NCBI GenBank assembly: GCA_036444275.1
Contig: JAZGAD010000047.1
Coordinates: 6,125-70,124, forward strand
Origin: Candidatus Hydrothermarchaeales archaeon
GTDB taxonomy: Archaea > Hydrothermarchaeota > Hydrothermarchaeia > Hydrothermarchaeales > JAZGAD01
Length of the DNA: 64,000 bases
Direction: 5' to 3'
The notes beneath the pieces were generated by a model. That model had not been told where the DNA came from. It saw only the letters and a list, made by a program, of their open reading frames with translations, and did no database searches. Each line of letters begins with the position of its first letter. Position 1 is the stretch's first letter. Below are positions 19,887 to 29,850 of this stretch, in pieces. The position numbers and the translations under genes are program-made.

Positions 19887-21311
19887 GTGATGGTCAAGAT
19901 ATCACCACTGGAGATATACAAGCTCCTCCCAGGTACCAACTGCAAAGAGTGCGGCGAGGAGAGCTGCATGGCATTTGCCTCCAAGCTCATTGAGAGAGCG
20001 AAGGGAGTGGGAGATTGCCCACCTCTTGCAGAGGATAAATATTTAGAAAAGAGGGAGAAGCTGATAGAGCTCGTTACACCCCCGGTGAAGGAAGTAGTTG
20101 TAGGTGTTGGGGAAAGAGCAGTTGCTATCGGTGGGGAGGAAGTCATGTATCGCCATGAGCTCACCTTCTTCAACAAGACAGCCTTCTTCATAGATGTTCA
20201 CGATGAGATGAGCCAAGAGGAGTTGGCAAAGAAGGTTGAAGCCATAGACAAGTTCACCTTTGGAAGGGTCGGCCAAGAGTTGAAGCTCCAGGGGGTAGCG
20301 GTTAGGGCTAAGAGCGGGGAGCCCACGAAGTTCGGCGAGGCAGTGCTAGTAGTGACTGAGAAAACCGACCTCCCTCTAATGCTCTGCTCCTATGATCCAA
20401 AGCTGCTGGAAGTGGCTCTGGAGATAGCATTGGATAGAAGGCCTCTCATCTATGCGGCGACAAAGGATAACTGGGAGCAGGTTGTGAATCTAGCCCTGAA
20501 GCATGCCTGCCCGGTAGTTGTGTCGTCGCCAGGCGACATAGAGGGATTGATTGAGCTATCACAGAACTTGATGGAGAATGGAATAGAGGATATTGTCTTG
20601 GACATAGGCACTTATCCTGACGGTGGACAGCTTAAAGCCATGGAGGAGAATCTGGTCATGCTCAGGAGATCTGCTATAGAGGAAGAGGTAAAGCCCTTGG
20701 GATTCCCCATCTTGGGCGTGCCGATGGTAGCTGGTATGAGGGAGAAAGATCCAGTTAAGGCTGCTATGGCAGAGGTAACACTAGGTGCTTCGTTGATACT
20801 GAAATACTGCGATATCATGGTAGTTAGCTCCATGGAGGTCTGGTCCCTTTTACCACTTCTCACCATACGGCAGAATATCTACACGGATCCGAGGATGCCC
20901 CTCCAGGTGGAAGCAGGTCTCAAGATTCTAGGCAGCCCCGACGAGAATGCACCTGTCTTTCTCACCTCCAATTTCGCCTTGACCTATTACACTGTGGCAT
21001 CTGATCTGGAGGCAGCGAAGATACCATGCTATGTATTAGTAGCTGATACAGATGGACACGCAGTGGAGGTAAGCATGGCTGGTCAGAAGCTAACTGCAGA
21101 CGTGGTCAAAAACGTTCTAGAGTCTTCTAAGGTCGCGGAAAAAGTGAAGCATAAAAAGCTCATCATTCCTGGTAGAGCATCTAGGATAAGCGGAGAGATC
21201 GAAGACGCTACGGGCTGGGAGGTAATGGTGGGTCCCATAGACTCGGCCAGAATACCAAAGTTCCTGGATGAAAAGTGGAATGGCACGGCAGTCAGTAAAG
21301 GTCGTCAATAA
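19887..21311 (+). CDS. cdhE: ACDS complex gamma subunit (corrinoid Fe-S protein large subunit, CdhE)
   Basis: The N-terminal 4Fe-4S motif reads ISPLEIYKLLPGTNCKECGEESCMAFA...C, and the protein is 474 aa. Confidence 0.9.
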   Translation: MMVKISPLEIYKLLPGTNCKECGEESCMAFASKLIERAKGVGDCPPLAEDKYLEKREKLIELVTPPVKEVVVGVGERAVAIGGEEVMYRHELTFFNKTAFFIDVHDEMSQEELAKKVEAIDKFTFGRVGQELKLQGVAVRAKSGEPTKFGEAVLVVTEKTDLPLMLCSYDPKLLEVALEIALDRRPLIYAATKDNWEQVVNLALKHACPVVVSSPGDIEGLIELSQNLMENGIEDIVLDIGTYPDGGQLKAMEENLVMLRRSAIEEEVKPLGFPILGVPMVAGMREKDPVKAAMAEVTLGASLILKYCDIMVVSSMEVWSLLPLLTIRQNIYTDPRMPLQVEAGLKILGSPDENAPVFLTSNFALTYYTVASDLEAAKIPCYVLVADTDGHAVEVSMAGQKLTADVVKNVLESSKVAEKVKHKKLIIPGRASRISGEIEDATGWEVMVGPIDSARIPKFLDEKWNGTAVSKGRQ

Positions 21312-21543
21312 ATCGTTGGAGCTCCTCCAGGTCCTCTTCTACCCTCTCTTCTACTTTTTCTTCTGCCTGAAACAGCTCTTTCTTCATCTGTTTCTTCTTC
21401 TCTTTGTATTCCTCGATATCACGCAGGAGGCGGCTTATCGCTGTCCTACAGAAATCAGACATGCTGGAGAACATCCCCTTGTCTATCAGGACTTGGATCT
21501 TCTCCTTATCATCGCTAGGTATTTTAGCACTTAGGGAAGCCAT
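21292..21543 (-). CDS. ribbon-helix-helix (CopG/Arc-like) domain protein with a coiled-coil tail
   Basis: KIPSDDKEKIQVLIDKGMFSSMSDFCRTAISRLL shows an RHH pattern. Confidence 0.5.
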   Translation of the reverse strand: MASLSAKIPSDDKEKIQVLIDKGMFSSMSDFCRTAISRLLRDIEEYKEKKKQMKKELFQAEEKVEERVEEDLEELQRFIDDLY

Positions 21544-22069
21544 GTTAAACCCTCTTTGGATATTTAAATTTAAATAATGTTCTCAGCAGTGATGTTTTTT
21601 GGGGTATGGTTAGGGGTGACAGGCAGAAAGCAACGGCAGGTAAGTAGATTAATTTGACTTCAACTTTCTGGGCCATCGCGCTTCGCCTTCTTCATCGCGC
21701 CGACGCCCTACTCTCCGGCTTGAGCTTCACGAGCAATATAGAGCCCAATGCAGCCCCAGGATGAGTGAAGTAGGGTATGCTGACCTGCGCTTGCACCGCA
21801 CCTCTAAAAGTGTAATACACTGCAAATAACTGATTATTATGATTTTCCACATTCGTATGAAGCGTGTGATAAATAACTGTTATAACGCTGTAGAGTCCTA
21901 CAAGTTTGAGCCTTATAAAGCCCTCTATTTTCTATGTCTTCTTTCAACATTCCAACTATCACTCCCCGTGCTCCAGAAACACCTTTAGCAATGCCTTAAT
22001 CCCCTTGTCTCTTAGAAGGCCAAAACTGGATCGCCAGCACTTTATCGACGGAGTTAATACTAGTCCAGT

Positions 22070-22978
22070 CTATTTGGACGCACTATCTTCCTTTTCTTTT
22101 TCTGATTCAGCAAGATATACTCCGAAGAGCACGAGCGCTGCATTAGCAATTACGAAGCCTGTGACGGCCTCCTGGAGAAAGAAGTAGGCGAAGATTGTTG
22201 CAAAAACCGGTATAAAGAAGATGAAGAAGCTCACCTTCGAGGCTTCCATCCTCTTCAATGCCTCAAACCAAAACAAGAATGCAACAGCTGTAGGCAGAAT
22301 CGCCAGTGCAATAACTATGCCCCATGCATGTGGACTGAGACGCAGTACCACATCTACAGGCTCGTAGAATGGTGTAAACGCAATAAGTAGGAGGGAGCCC
22401 AAGATAGTGCTCCAGCTGACAACGAGTATTGGATCTCTGTCGCGTACTCCGATTTTAGCGAGAATAGTGGACGGGCCGTAGCTGACAGCTGAAAGCAGTA
22501 AGAGGATATTCCCAAATGTGTGACTGGACAGTTCCCTCACAGCAGCGATATCACCCTGGGTGGAAATCATAGCGGCGCCAAATAGAGCTATGCCTATGCC
22601 GATTATCTTCCTTGCACCGAGACTCTCCCCCAGGAAAATAGCAGCTAATACAGCGACAAATATCGGTCCGGTTGCCATGAGAATGCTCGAGATAGAAGCT
22701 GTCGTGTACTGCATGCCAATGTTCTGTAGAACGTTAGGAAGGAATATCCCGGTAAATCCTATGCCAGATAATATCAAGAAGTCCTCTTTGAGGCAGCCGA
22801 TGCTCTCCCTCAACTTATACCGTGATATAGCAGCTAAGAAAATCAGAGAAGCAAAGGAGAAACGTAGGGTGGCTAGGGTGACAGGCGGGATCTCCTCTAA
22901 ACCTACTTTGATAAGAACAAAAGAGGCACCCCACATGAGGGTCGCAGCTAGGAGTAGAAGGGTCGCTATCGTTATCAT
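22070..22978 (-). CDS. EamA/DMT-family drug/metabolite transporter
   Basis: 10 TM helices with duplicated EamA halves. Confidence 0.8.
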   Translation of the reverse strand: MITIATLLLLAATLMWGASFVLIKVGLEEIPPVTLATLRFSFASLIFLAAISRYKLRESIGCLKEDFLILSGIGFTGIFLPNVLQNIGMQYTTASISSILMATGPIFVAVLAAIFLGESLGARKIIGIGIALFGAAMISTQGDIAAVRELSSHTFGNILLLLSAVSYGPSTILAKIGVRDRDPILVVSWSTILGSLLLIAFTPFYEPVDVVLRLSPHAWGIVIALAILPTAVAFLFWFEALKRMEASKVSFFIFFIPVFATIFAYFFLQEAVTGFVIANAALVLFGVYLAESEKEKEDSASK

Positions 22979-23083
22979 TATTTGTACCCTTCCAAGCTCT
23001 CAGCAGCATATTCTATGACGCCTGAGAAGAAGTCTCTGGTTTCTGAATCTAAATTTGCAGGCATTCCCTCATAAAGCTCCACT

Positions 23084-23779
23084 TTACCGCCTCTTACCCG
23101 TTAGTAGGACGTGGTCCTTATCATATGGTTCAAGATTCAGCGAAACAATCTTGAAGCCAGCTTCCTTAAGCCTCAATTCTTCTCTTCTAAAGATCGCCTC
23201 TGGTTCCTCGGTGACATCTATACTCCTCGCCTTTACAGCCATAGCGACATACCCCCCTGTCTTTAGATAGAGGCCAGCATTCTCCAGCAATATCTCACCC
23301 TGGTTTGGCTGGGCTATATCCTGATAGACGAGGTCGCACTTCTCCAAGAAAGAGAGATATCTTCTGGGTTGAGAGGCATCTGCGAGGATCGGTATCATAT
23401 TCTTTCTTGGCTCGCACACATACATGAGCTCCCTGAAGACCCTGGGAGAAAAGTCCACACAATATACCATACCATCAGCGGCGATGTCTGAGACATGAGA
23501 TGCAGTAGTGCCAGAGGCAGCACCCAGGTAGAGAATCCTTGAATCTCTTTTAATGGGAAGATTTTCTAGCCCGTTGTATATAGCAGCAGCAAGCTTGCTC
23601 CTCTTAGGGTTCCAGAGACGGTACTCCACGCCGTTCACAGGTACAAGCCTCTCCCCATAGACAGCTGTCCCCGGAACGAGGTTCTTGGTCGCTAACCTAT
23701 CTCCTATAACGGCTAGGTTATCTACAGCATTTACATCGAGCTTGAATATAGACTCATTACCCTTCGGGTGCCTCGCCAT
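23084..23779 (-). CDS. flpA: fibrillarin-like rRNA/tRNA 2'-O-methyltransferase
   Basis: It carries the characteristic fibrillarin motif YRLWNPKRSKLAAAI and the SAM motif ILYLGAASGTTASHVSDI. Confidence 0.95.
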   Translation of the reverse strand: MARHPKGNESIFKLDVNAVDNLAVIGDRLATKNLVPGTAVYGERLVPVNGVEYRLWNPKRSKLAAAIYNGLENLPIKRDSRILYLGAASGTTASHVSDIAADGMVYCVDFSPRVFRELMYVCEPRKNMIPILADASQPRRYLSFLEKCDLVYQDIAQPNQGEILLENAGLYLKTGGYVAMAVKARSIDVTEEPEAIFRREELRLKEAGFKIVSLNLEPYDKDHVLLTGKRR

Positions 23780-23916
23780 TAGCTCTCTTCCTTTTGCATC
23801 TCATCGTAAAAGGTGTCCCTGCAGTTCCTGCTGCAGAAGAACAACCCGTCTCCACATCCCTGATAGGCCTCGTCTTCCTCCACCTTCTCACTGCAGTAGC
23901 TACACGTCACCTTCAT
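23779..23916 (-). CDS. small (45 aa) TRASH/FCS-type zinc-ribbon protein wedged between nop5 and flpA
   Basis: Hand translation gives MKVTCSYCSEKVEEDEAYQGCGDGLFFCSRNCRDTFYDEMQKEES, matching C-x2-C-x19-FCS-x2-C. Its ATG overlaps the nop5 stop and its TAA overlaps the flpA ATG. It is below the 60-aa ORF-track cutoff. Confidence 0.45.
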   Translation of the reverse strand: MKVTCSYCSEKVEEDEAYQGCGDGLFFCSRNCRDTFYDEMQKEES

Positions 23917-25040
23917 TTTGACCACTTTCTGCCTTTCTTCCTCTTATTTTTTCTGCCTTGCGGTCTTTCTCTGCGTATTATTCTCATTCTTTTTGGCTCG
24001 GGCAGCTTCCTCACTTCGGCCACTCTTGCAGCGAGGGCGTCCTTCAGCTCATCAGCTATATACGCTTTTGAATAGGCGTCTGCCCTTGCCGCGATCGCAA
24101 TCTTACCAGCGAAGCTCCTGGCTATCCTTCCTCTCTGCCACCATGGCGCTGTTTTAATAAGCGGGTGCTGGAAGATGGCACCATGTTTCGGCGGAGTTCC
24201 CTTCTTCCGGAGGTGTCTGAATAAGGCCTTCTCTGCTCCGATCACCTGAATCCTGCTTCCAGGCATTCTGGCCAGTTTCTCTAGGCCGCCTGCTAGAGAG
24301 ATGAGTTTGGCGCCCACAAGGGCACCTGCTAAACTAGATAGATTCGGAGCAACCTCTTGCATCTTATAAGATATATAGCCATCTAGCTCCGATCTAAATT
24401 CATAGAGCGTGCATACTTGCTCCGCAAACTTTGAGAGTATATTGCTGTCCTTTTCACCTATCTCCGCGCCTGCTGATGTAGCAGCGAGCTCCCTGAATTC
24501 CGAGCTGGCCTTGAAGCGCTCTCTGGAGCCGAATTCCCTTAGCAATCTGGCGTACTTCTCGTGGTCCTCCACCTTGTCCAGCTCTGGGAAGTGTAGGGAA
24601 TACCACTCCCTAATCCGCTCTGAAAGGATATTCAAGCTTTCATCAACATCGGCTAGAGCCTCAGCAGCCTGTATAATGAGTCCGTCCTCTCTCCCGAAGG
24701 CCTCCTTCATCTCGCTCTTAGCAGTAGAGATGGATACCTCTCTAAGGATATTTTCGTATTCCTCCCTTGATACATCGAGCTCTTTGAGGATACCATCCAA
24801 TTTGCTCACCAAGAACTCCCCAGCTGGATTTGTAACGCGAGCATCCTCGAAGATGCATTCATATCCGCTCAGCTTCTCTATAATCCTCTTTCCCTCGAGC
24901 GTTGATGCACTGTAAGTCCTTAACTTCTCCGAGATCTCTTTTGTATCTCTAGGGAATGCCTCGTAGACAAGGAGCTCGCCCTCCTTGGTAAAGGCAAAAA
25001 GTCCAAGGACGTTGCCTGCCACATATGCTTTTTTCGACAT
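23913..25040 (-). CDS. Nop5/Nop56/58 box C/D snoRNP protein
   Basis: Nop domain and coiled coil, a C-terminal K/R-rich tail, and the canonical nop5-fibrillarin pairing. Confidence 0.9.
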   Translation of the reverse strand: MSKKAYVAGNVLGLFAFTKEGELLVYEAFPRDTKEISEKLRTYSASTLEGKRIIEKLSGYECIFEDARVTNPAGEFLVSKLDGILKELDVSREEYENILREVSISTAKSEMKEAFGREDGLIIQAAEALADVDESLNILSERIREWYSLHFPELDKVEDHEKYARLLREFGSRERFKASSEFRELAATSAGAEIGEKDSNILSKFAEQVCTLYEFRSELDGYISYKMQEVAPNLSSLAGALVGAKLISLAGGLEKLARMPGSRIQVIGAEKALFRHLRKKGTPPKHGAIFQHPLIKTAPWWQRGRIARSFAGKIAIAARADAYSKAYIADELKDALAARVAEVRKLPEPKRMRIIRRERPQGRKNKRKKGRKWSK

Positions 25041-25049
25041 AGCTTCACC

Positions 25050-25793
25050 TTAAGTGGTGCTCTTGAATAGTTGACTGCCCACCGCAGTACTGAAGATCAG
25101 GAACGCTAGCACAATAAGGAAATCCACCCATAGGGGGAACTGCGACATCCCTATCAAAGAACCTCTAAGCCCATCCACCCCGTAAGTCAAGGGGTCTGCA
25201 TAAGATAGCATCTTAAGCCATGTGGGGAGCCTATCTAGGGGGAAGAGAGCGCCAGATAGGAAGAAAACAGGCAGGACAACGAAGCTCATGATGAGTTGGA
25301 AGCCGTGTGGATCCTCCATCTTTGATGCAAAGGCGATGCCCAAGCTTATAAAGGAGGCTGATATGAGCATCATGAACACTATGGATATGAGGACGCCTTC
25401 CCAGCCCACGATTTTTACTCCCATAAGTATGGATATCATCAGTATCACTATCCCTTGAAGTGTGGATATAGTAGCTCCTCCTAGCGTCTTACCAATGACT
25501 ACTGCCGCCCTACTTACCGGTGCAACTAGGATCTCCTTGAGGAAGCCGAACTGTCTGTCCCACAGCACTGATAGTCCTGAGAACATCGCTGAGAAGATAA
25601 GGGACATGCCTATTATTCCTGGCGCCATAAAGGTTAGGTAATCGGTTGAGAGGTCCATGCGAAAAGATGATTTAAAGCCTATGCCTACGAAGGCAAGCCA
25701 GAAGAACGGGGTTGCTATACTTCCAAGCAATCTGCTCCTAGCCCTTAAGAACAGTTTCATCTCCCTCAGCCAAATTGTCGATACTGCACCCAT
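25050..25793 (-). CDS. ABC-2 type transporter permease
   Basis: 6-TM ABC-2 family pattern immediately downstream of the ABC ATPase. Confidence 0.8.
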   Translation of the reverse strand: MGAVSTIWLREMKLFLRARSRLLGSIATPFFWLAFVGIGFKSSFRMDLSTDYLTFMAPGIIGMSLIFSAMFSGLSVLWDRQFGFLKEILVAPVSRAAVVIGKTLGGATISTLQGIVILMISILMGVKIVGWEGVLISIVFMMLISASFISLGIAFASKMEDPHGFQLIMSFVVLPVFFLSGALFPLDRLPTWLKMLSYADPLTYGVDGLRGSLIGMSQFPLWVDFLIVLAFLIFSTAVGSQLFKSTT

Positions 25794-25797
25794 AATG

Positions 25798-26784
25798 TCA
25801 CCTGGTCCTAGCGCGTACGATGCTCCTTATCGTCTCTCTAGTGCCGCCTTCCTCTTCCCTGATAGTCTTCCCGGTGTAATGGATGAAGACATCTTCCAGC
25901 GTAGGCTTGCGCAGGCCTACAGAGCTTACTTGGATCCCCATGGTTCGCGCTGCCTCTATCACCTTCGGGATTGCGCCCTCTCCGTCCTTCACATTGAGGC
26001 TTATAACCCCGTCTACCAGCTTCATGTTAACTATCCAGTCGAGGTCCTTCAAACCTTTCATTAATTTAGCTTGATTTGAGGATACCAAGTGTACTACGTC
26101 ACCAGCTAAAACATTCTTCAATTCATTAGGGGTACCTAGTGCGATTATATTCCCCTCATCGATTATGGCTATGCGCTGGCAGAGGGCATCGGCCTCATCC
26201 ATGTAGTGTGTTGTCAAGATGATGCTGATCTTCTTCTCCTGGTTGAGCTTTTTGATGTATTCCCAAATGGCACGCCTGGTCTGGGGATCTAAACCTAAGG
26301 TGGGCTCGTCTAAGAAGAGGACTCTTGGAGAGTGCAATAGTCCCCTAGCTAACTCCAGCCTGCGTCTCATGCCCCCTGAATATGTCTTCACGAGATGGTC
26401 TGCCCTCTCTCTTAGCTCTACTAGGTCAAGAACTTCTTCAATATGTTTTTTCCTCTCCTCTTTCTCCATGCCATAGAGCCTACCATGGAAATCCAGGTTC
26501 TCCCTGCCGGTTAAATACTGATCTAAACTCGGATCTTGGAATACGACGCCTATGCACTTCCTGACCTCGCTGGGCTCTCTTTCAACGTCATATCCACATA
26601 CCTGCGCCTTGCCACTAGTGGGCTTTTGCATGGTGTAAAGCATGGATATGAAGGTGGTCTTCCCAGCTCCATTTGGCCCTAATAAACCGAAGAGTTCTCC
26701 TTCAGGTATATCCAAAGTAACCTGGTTAACAGCTAGCAAACCATCGAATTCCTTGGTCAACCCTAAGGTGGATATAGCTGGCAT
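25798..26784 (-). CDS. ABC transporter ATP-binding protein (DrrA-like)
   Basis: Walker A LLGPNGAGKTT, signature LSGGMRRRLELA and Walker B LFLDEPT. The likely start is MPAIST at 26784. Confidence 0.9.
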   Translation of the reverse strand: MPAISTLGLTKEFDGLLAVNQVTLDIPEGELFGLLGPNGAGKTTFISMLYTMQKPTSGKAQVCGYDVEREPSEVRKCIGVVFQDPSLDQYLTGRENLDFHGRLYGMEKEERKKHIEEVLDLVELRERADHLVKTYSGGMRRRLELARGLLHSPRVLFLDEPTLGLDPQTRRAIWEYIKKLNQEKKISIILTTHYMDEADALCQRIAIIDEGNIIALGTPNELKNVLAGDVVHLVSSNQAKLMKGLKDLDWIVNMKLVDGVISLNVKDGEGAIPKVIEAARTMGIQVSSVGLRKPTLEDVFIHYTGKTIREEEGGTRETIRSIVRARTR

Positions 26785-26994
26785 ATCTGAATTATAAATG
26801 CTAGCATAGAAAAAAGTTATTGAGCCTAGCCTTCTCATCTTCTCTTAAGTAAGTATCGAAAAGAAGATAAGGTAAGAAATAAATACAAATTTAAAAATAA
26901 TAACAATAATTTTAACAAAGGGTGGCTGAAAGATGGCGAGGGAATCGCAAGAGGGGCATTATTGGGTGGTAGTACATTTACCTGAAGGTGTACT

Positions 26995-28446
26995 ATGACA
27001 GAAGCTAGTCTCTTAATAGTAGATGATGCGGAGGGTATACGGGAAACCCTCTCGGATATATTCAAGGAGAAGGGTTACGGTACCGATGTAGCTGAGGATG
27101 GCCGGGCAGCTATAGAGAAGGTAAAGAAGAGCTTCTTTAACGTCGTGCTCCTGGATATAAGGCTACCTGATATCTTGGGTGTAGAGGTATTGGAGAGTTT
27201 GAAGGAGATACGGCCAGATATAGAAGTGATAATGATTACAGCATATGCCTCTCTTGAGACCTCTATTGAGGCACTGAATAAGGGAGCATATGCCTATATC
27301 ATGAAGCCCCTTAACATGGGGGTGGTGATAGCTACCGTTAAGAAAGCCCTGGAGAAACAGCGCCTATCCGCAGAGAACATGTGGTTAACGGAATTCAACG
27401 AACGCATTATAAAGAATGCACCGATTGGGATCTTAACCACCGATGAAAAGGGCGATATAACGAGTGCGAATCCAGCTATTCTTGAGATTCTGGATAGCTT
27501 GGAGACGGAAAAATTGATTGGGCTTAGCGTATTAACCCTCCCAACCAGTAGGGCAATGGGCTTAGATAAGGAACTCAAGAAAGTATTGTCTGAGGGAAAG
27601 GAGATAGAGCTAGCGGGGAAGTATGTTTCTGAATCTGGAGCAGATGTTTTTCTCCATATCAGAAGCACCCCATTGAGAAACGAAAAAAGAGACATAACAG
27701 GGCTCCTAGCGATAATCGAGGACGTAACTGAGAGAAAGAAGCTTGACAGCATGAAGGATGCGTTTATCTCCAATGTCTCGCATGAGTTGAGGACTCCCCT
27801 TACATCTATCCTCACTTCTCTGGAGCTTCTTTCAAAGGAAACTGTAGAGAAGGAGAAGCGTAAGCTCTTGGAAATCTGTGATAGGAATGCTTTGAGGCTA
27901 AATCGATTGGTGGACAATCTATTGGAAGTCAGCCGGATTGAAGTAGAGACATTAGATGTTCGGACACTCGACGTTACTCGGGTAGTGGCAGAGATAATAT
28001 CAGAGCTGCAGGATTTTGCCGTTGTGAGTAAAGTTACGCTAAAATCCCTTATCGAGGATGAGTTCCTCGTAAGGGCCGATAAAAAATCACTACGGCTTGT
28101 CTTCCTGAATCTGATCAGCAATGCCATCAAGTTTAATAAAGAAGGGGGTAAGGTAACGATATCCGGCGAGCGGGAGGATTCATTTACCAGGTTCTGCGTA
28201 GAGGATACAGGCATAGGCATTCCAAGAGGAGATTTGAAAGAAATATTCAAGAGTTTCTACCAAATCGATGCAAGCATAAGGCGCAGGTACCCTGGAGCTG
28301 GTGTTGGTCTAACTATAACGAAAAACATAGTAGACGCCCATGGAGGCAAGATATGGGCTGAGAGCAAGCCCGGTAAAGGAAGCAAGTTCTGTTTCACTCT
28401 ACCCTCTGGAAGTAGAACCGGGAAGAAGATAAAAGAGGTAGGATAA
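26995..28446 (+). CDS. hybrid response-regulator receiver / PAS / histidine kinase (cytoplasmic)
   Basis: REC (LIVDDAEGIRETL...VLLDIRLPD), PAS, HisKA H-box SHELRTPLTSI and HATPase_c (G-box GVGLTI). Paralog of 35642..37279. Confidence 0.85.
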   Translation: MTEASLLIVDDAEGIRETLSDIFKEKGYGTDVAEDGRAAIEKVKKSFFNVVLLDIRLPDILGVEVLESLKEIRPDIEVIMITAYASLETSIEALNKGAYAYIMKPLNMGVVIATVKKALEKQRLSAENMWLTEFNERIIKNAPIGILTTDEKGDITSANPAILEILDSLETEKLIGLSVLTLPTSRAMGLDKELKKVLSEGKEIELAGKYVSESGADVFLHIRSTPLRNEKRDITGLLAIIEDVTERKKLDSMKDAFISNVSHELRTPLTSILTSLELLSKETVEKEKRKLLEICDRNALRLNRLVDNLLEVSRIEVETLDVRTLDVTRVVAEIISELQDFAVVSKVTLKSLIEDEFLVRADKKSLRLVFLNLISNAIKFNKEGGKVTISGEREDSFTRFCVEDTGIGIPRGDLKEIFKSFYQIDASIRRRYPGAGVGLTITKNIVDAHGGKIWAESKPGKGSKFCFTLPSGSRTGKKIKEVG

Positions 28447-28582
28447 GGATAGAAAAAGATTAGATAACCCGCAGAAGACGTTTAGTAATTTACGTCTCAC
28501 AATTCAGGGGGAATAGATGCAACATCTAAGCAATGACAAGAGAGCAATTTACGAACGTATAAGACGGAAAAACGGATGAGCT

Positions 28583-29257
28583 CTATACCTCTTTCCCCTC
28601 TGCCAATTCTTCCAGCTCCAACGGGTGCTCATGTTCCATTTGTTCTTTACTCAGTGTTCCAGTTATCCATTGCTTTGCCATTGGAAATATATCTGGATTC
28701 AAAATCGCCGCGTATAAATGTACGACTATTACAACAGAAAATGCCAAGATGGCCTCCCACCCATGTATCAACCAAGCATAATTGACGAACTGTAGCGGTA
28801 GGACTTCCAAGGTCATATCGAATGTGAACCACATCATAAGTCCTGTTACAACTACTATGAGAGAACCAACAGCTCCGGCCCAGTAATCGAACTTCTGCTC
28901 CCAGGTATACCTCCCCATTTTTGGCATTTCGTCGGTCATCCGTAAATTGTATTTGATGTGGTGTATAGCGTCATCGAAATCTTTCCTTTGCGGCATTATG
29001 TCCTTCTTTCCTCTGTCGATCATGGTGTAATATATCACATGTATAAGGCCTGTACCGATGAATACTACTGCAGCAATTTGATGATATAAACCTCTATTAG
29101 CCGGACCCCCAAGCAAGTCAACTATACTCTGTGCCCAGGATGTGTGGGCGTATTTCAATGGGAATCCCGTCAATGCCAAGATGAAAAACGATAAAGCCCA
29201 AAGGACGTGTTGTATCCTCTGAAAGACGGTAAATCTTAAGAATTCTTCTTCGGTCAT
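28583..29257 (-). CDS. membrane b-type cytochrome (cytochrome b561/Ni-hydrogenase-type dihaem cytochrome b family)
   Basis: Four TM helices with conserved His (QRIQHVLWALSF..., HQIAAVVFIGTGLIHVIYY). It overlaps the dihaem cytochrome c gene by 4 nt. Confidence 0.7.
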   Translation of the reverse strand: MTEEEFLRFTVFQRIQHVLWALSFFILALTGFPLKYAHTSWAQSIVDLLGGPANRGLYHQIAAVVFIGTGLIHVIYYTMIDRGKKDIMPQRKDFDDAIHHIKYNLRMTDEMPKMGRYTWEQKFDYWAGAVGSLIVVVTGLMMWFTFDMTLEVLPLQFVNYAWLIHGWEAILAFSVVIVVHLYAAILNPDIFPMAKQWITGTLSKEQMEHEHPLELEELAEGKEV

Positions 29258-29823
29258 TTCGCACGCCCCCCTTTCCTACTCTTACCTAACCTCCGACTAA
29301 AGTCCAATATCTCAAAGACTACGAAGAATCCTAGCACCGCGGAGATAAGTGTTTTATAGAAGAAGTTTATCAGCCCATTCACGGAGATTGGGCCTAGAGA
29401 GTATATATCGCTTCCATGCATCGATCCCTTGCCGGCATTGGCCAATTTAACATCATGACAATCTTCCCTCGCGCATATATCAGGTCTATTCTTAGGATTA
29501 GTGGGTGAATTTGGATCGCTCTGCGGAAGGAAATACATCCAGTCCACCATGCCGTGGCAATCCGTACAAGTTGGGACACCCTCTTTTCCGAGGGCAGCCG
29601 CTTTACCATGAGGGGACTCTTGGTACGTCTTGTTCGCATATTCAAAGGTATATGCAAGGTTATACCTCGTCTTAGCCTCAGAAGGTAGGGGGCTCTTCCA
29701 TCCCTCACTCCTGTATTTCTCCATGTCCCTCTTCTGGACTTCCTGAGCCTCCACGACATGGCTCAGGGATATGAAGCCTAAAAGGAAGAGTATTAGAACC
29801 CCGCCCTTTACCAACTCTCTCAT
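29254..29823 (-). CDS. membrane-anchored dihaem c-type cytochrome
   Basis: Signal peptide, one CXXCH (CTDCH) and one CX4CH (CAREDCH), and a C-terminal TM helix. Confidence 0.65.
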   Translation of the reverse strand: MRELVKGGVLILFLLGFISLSHVVEAQEVQKRDMEKYRSEGWKSPLPSEAKTRYNLAYTFEYANKTYQESPHGKAAALGKEGVPTCTDCHGMVDWMYFLPQSDPNSPTNPKNRPDICAREDCHDVKLANAGKGSMHGSDIYSLGPISVNGLINFFYKTLISAVLGFFVVFEILDFSRRLGKSRKGGRAK

Positions 29824-29850
29824 TGGTCCTGTTCTCCTTGTAAAATTTTA

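Noticed and set aside
21906-22187. 93-aa + strand ORF
   Set aside because: It overlaps the 3' end of the EamA transporter antisense and has no features.
27294-28250. 318-aa − strand ORF
   Set aside because: Antisense to the REC-PAS-HK gene. The Ser-rich, low-complexity translation is a shadow ORF.
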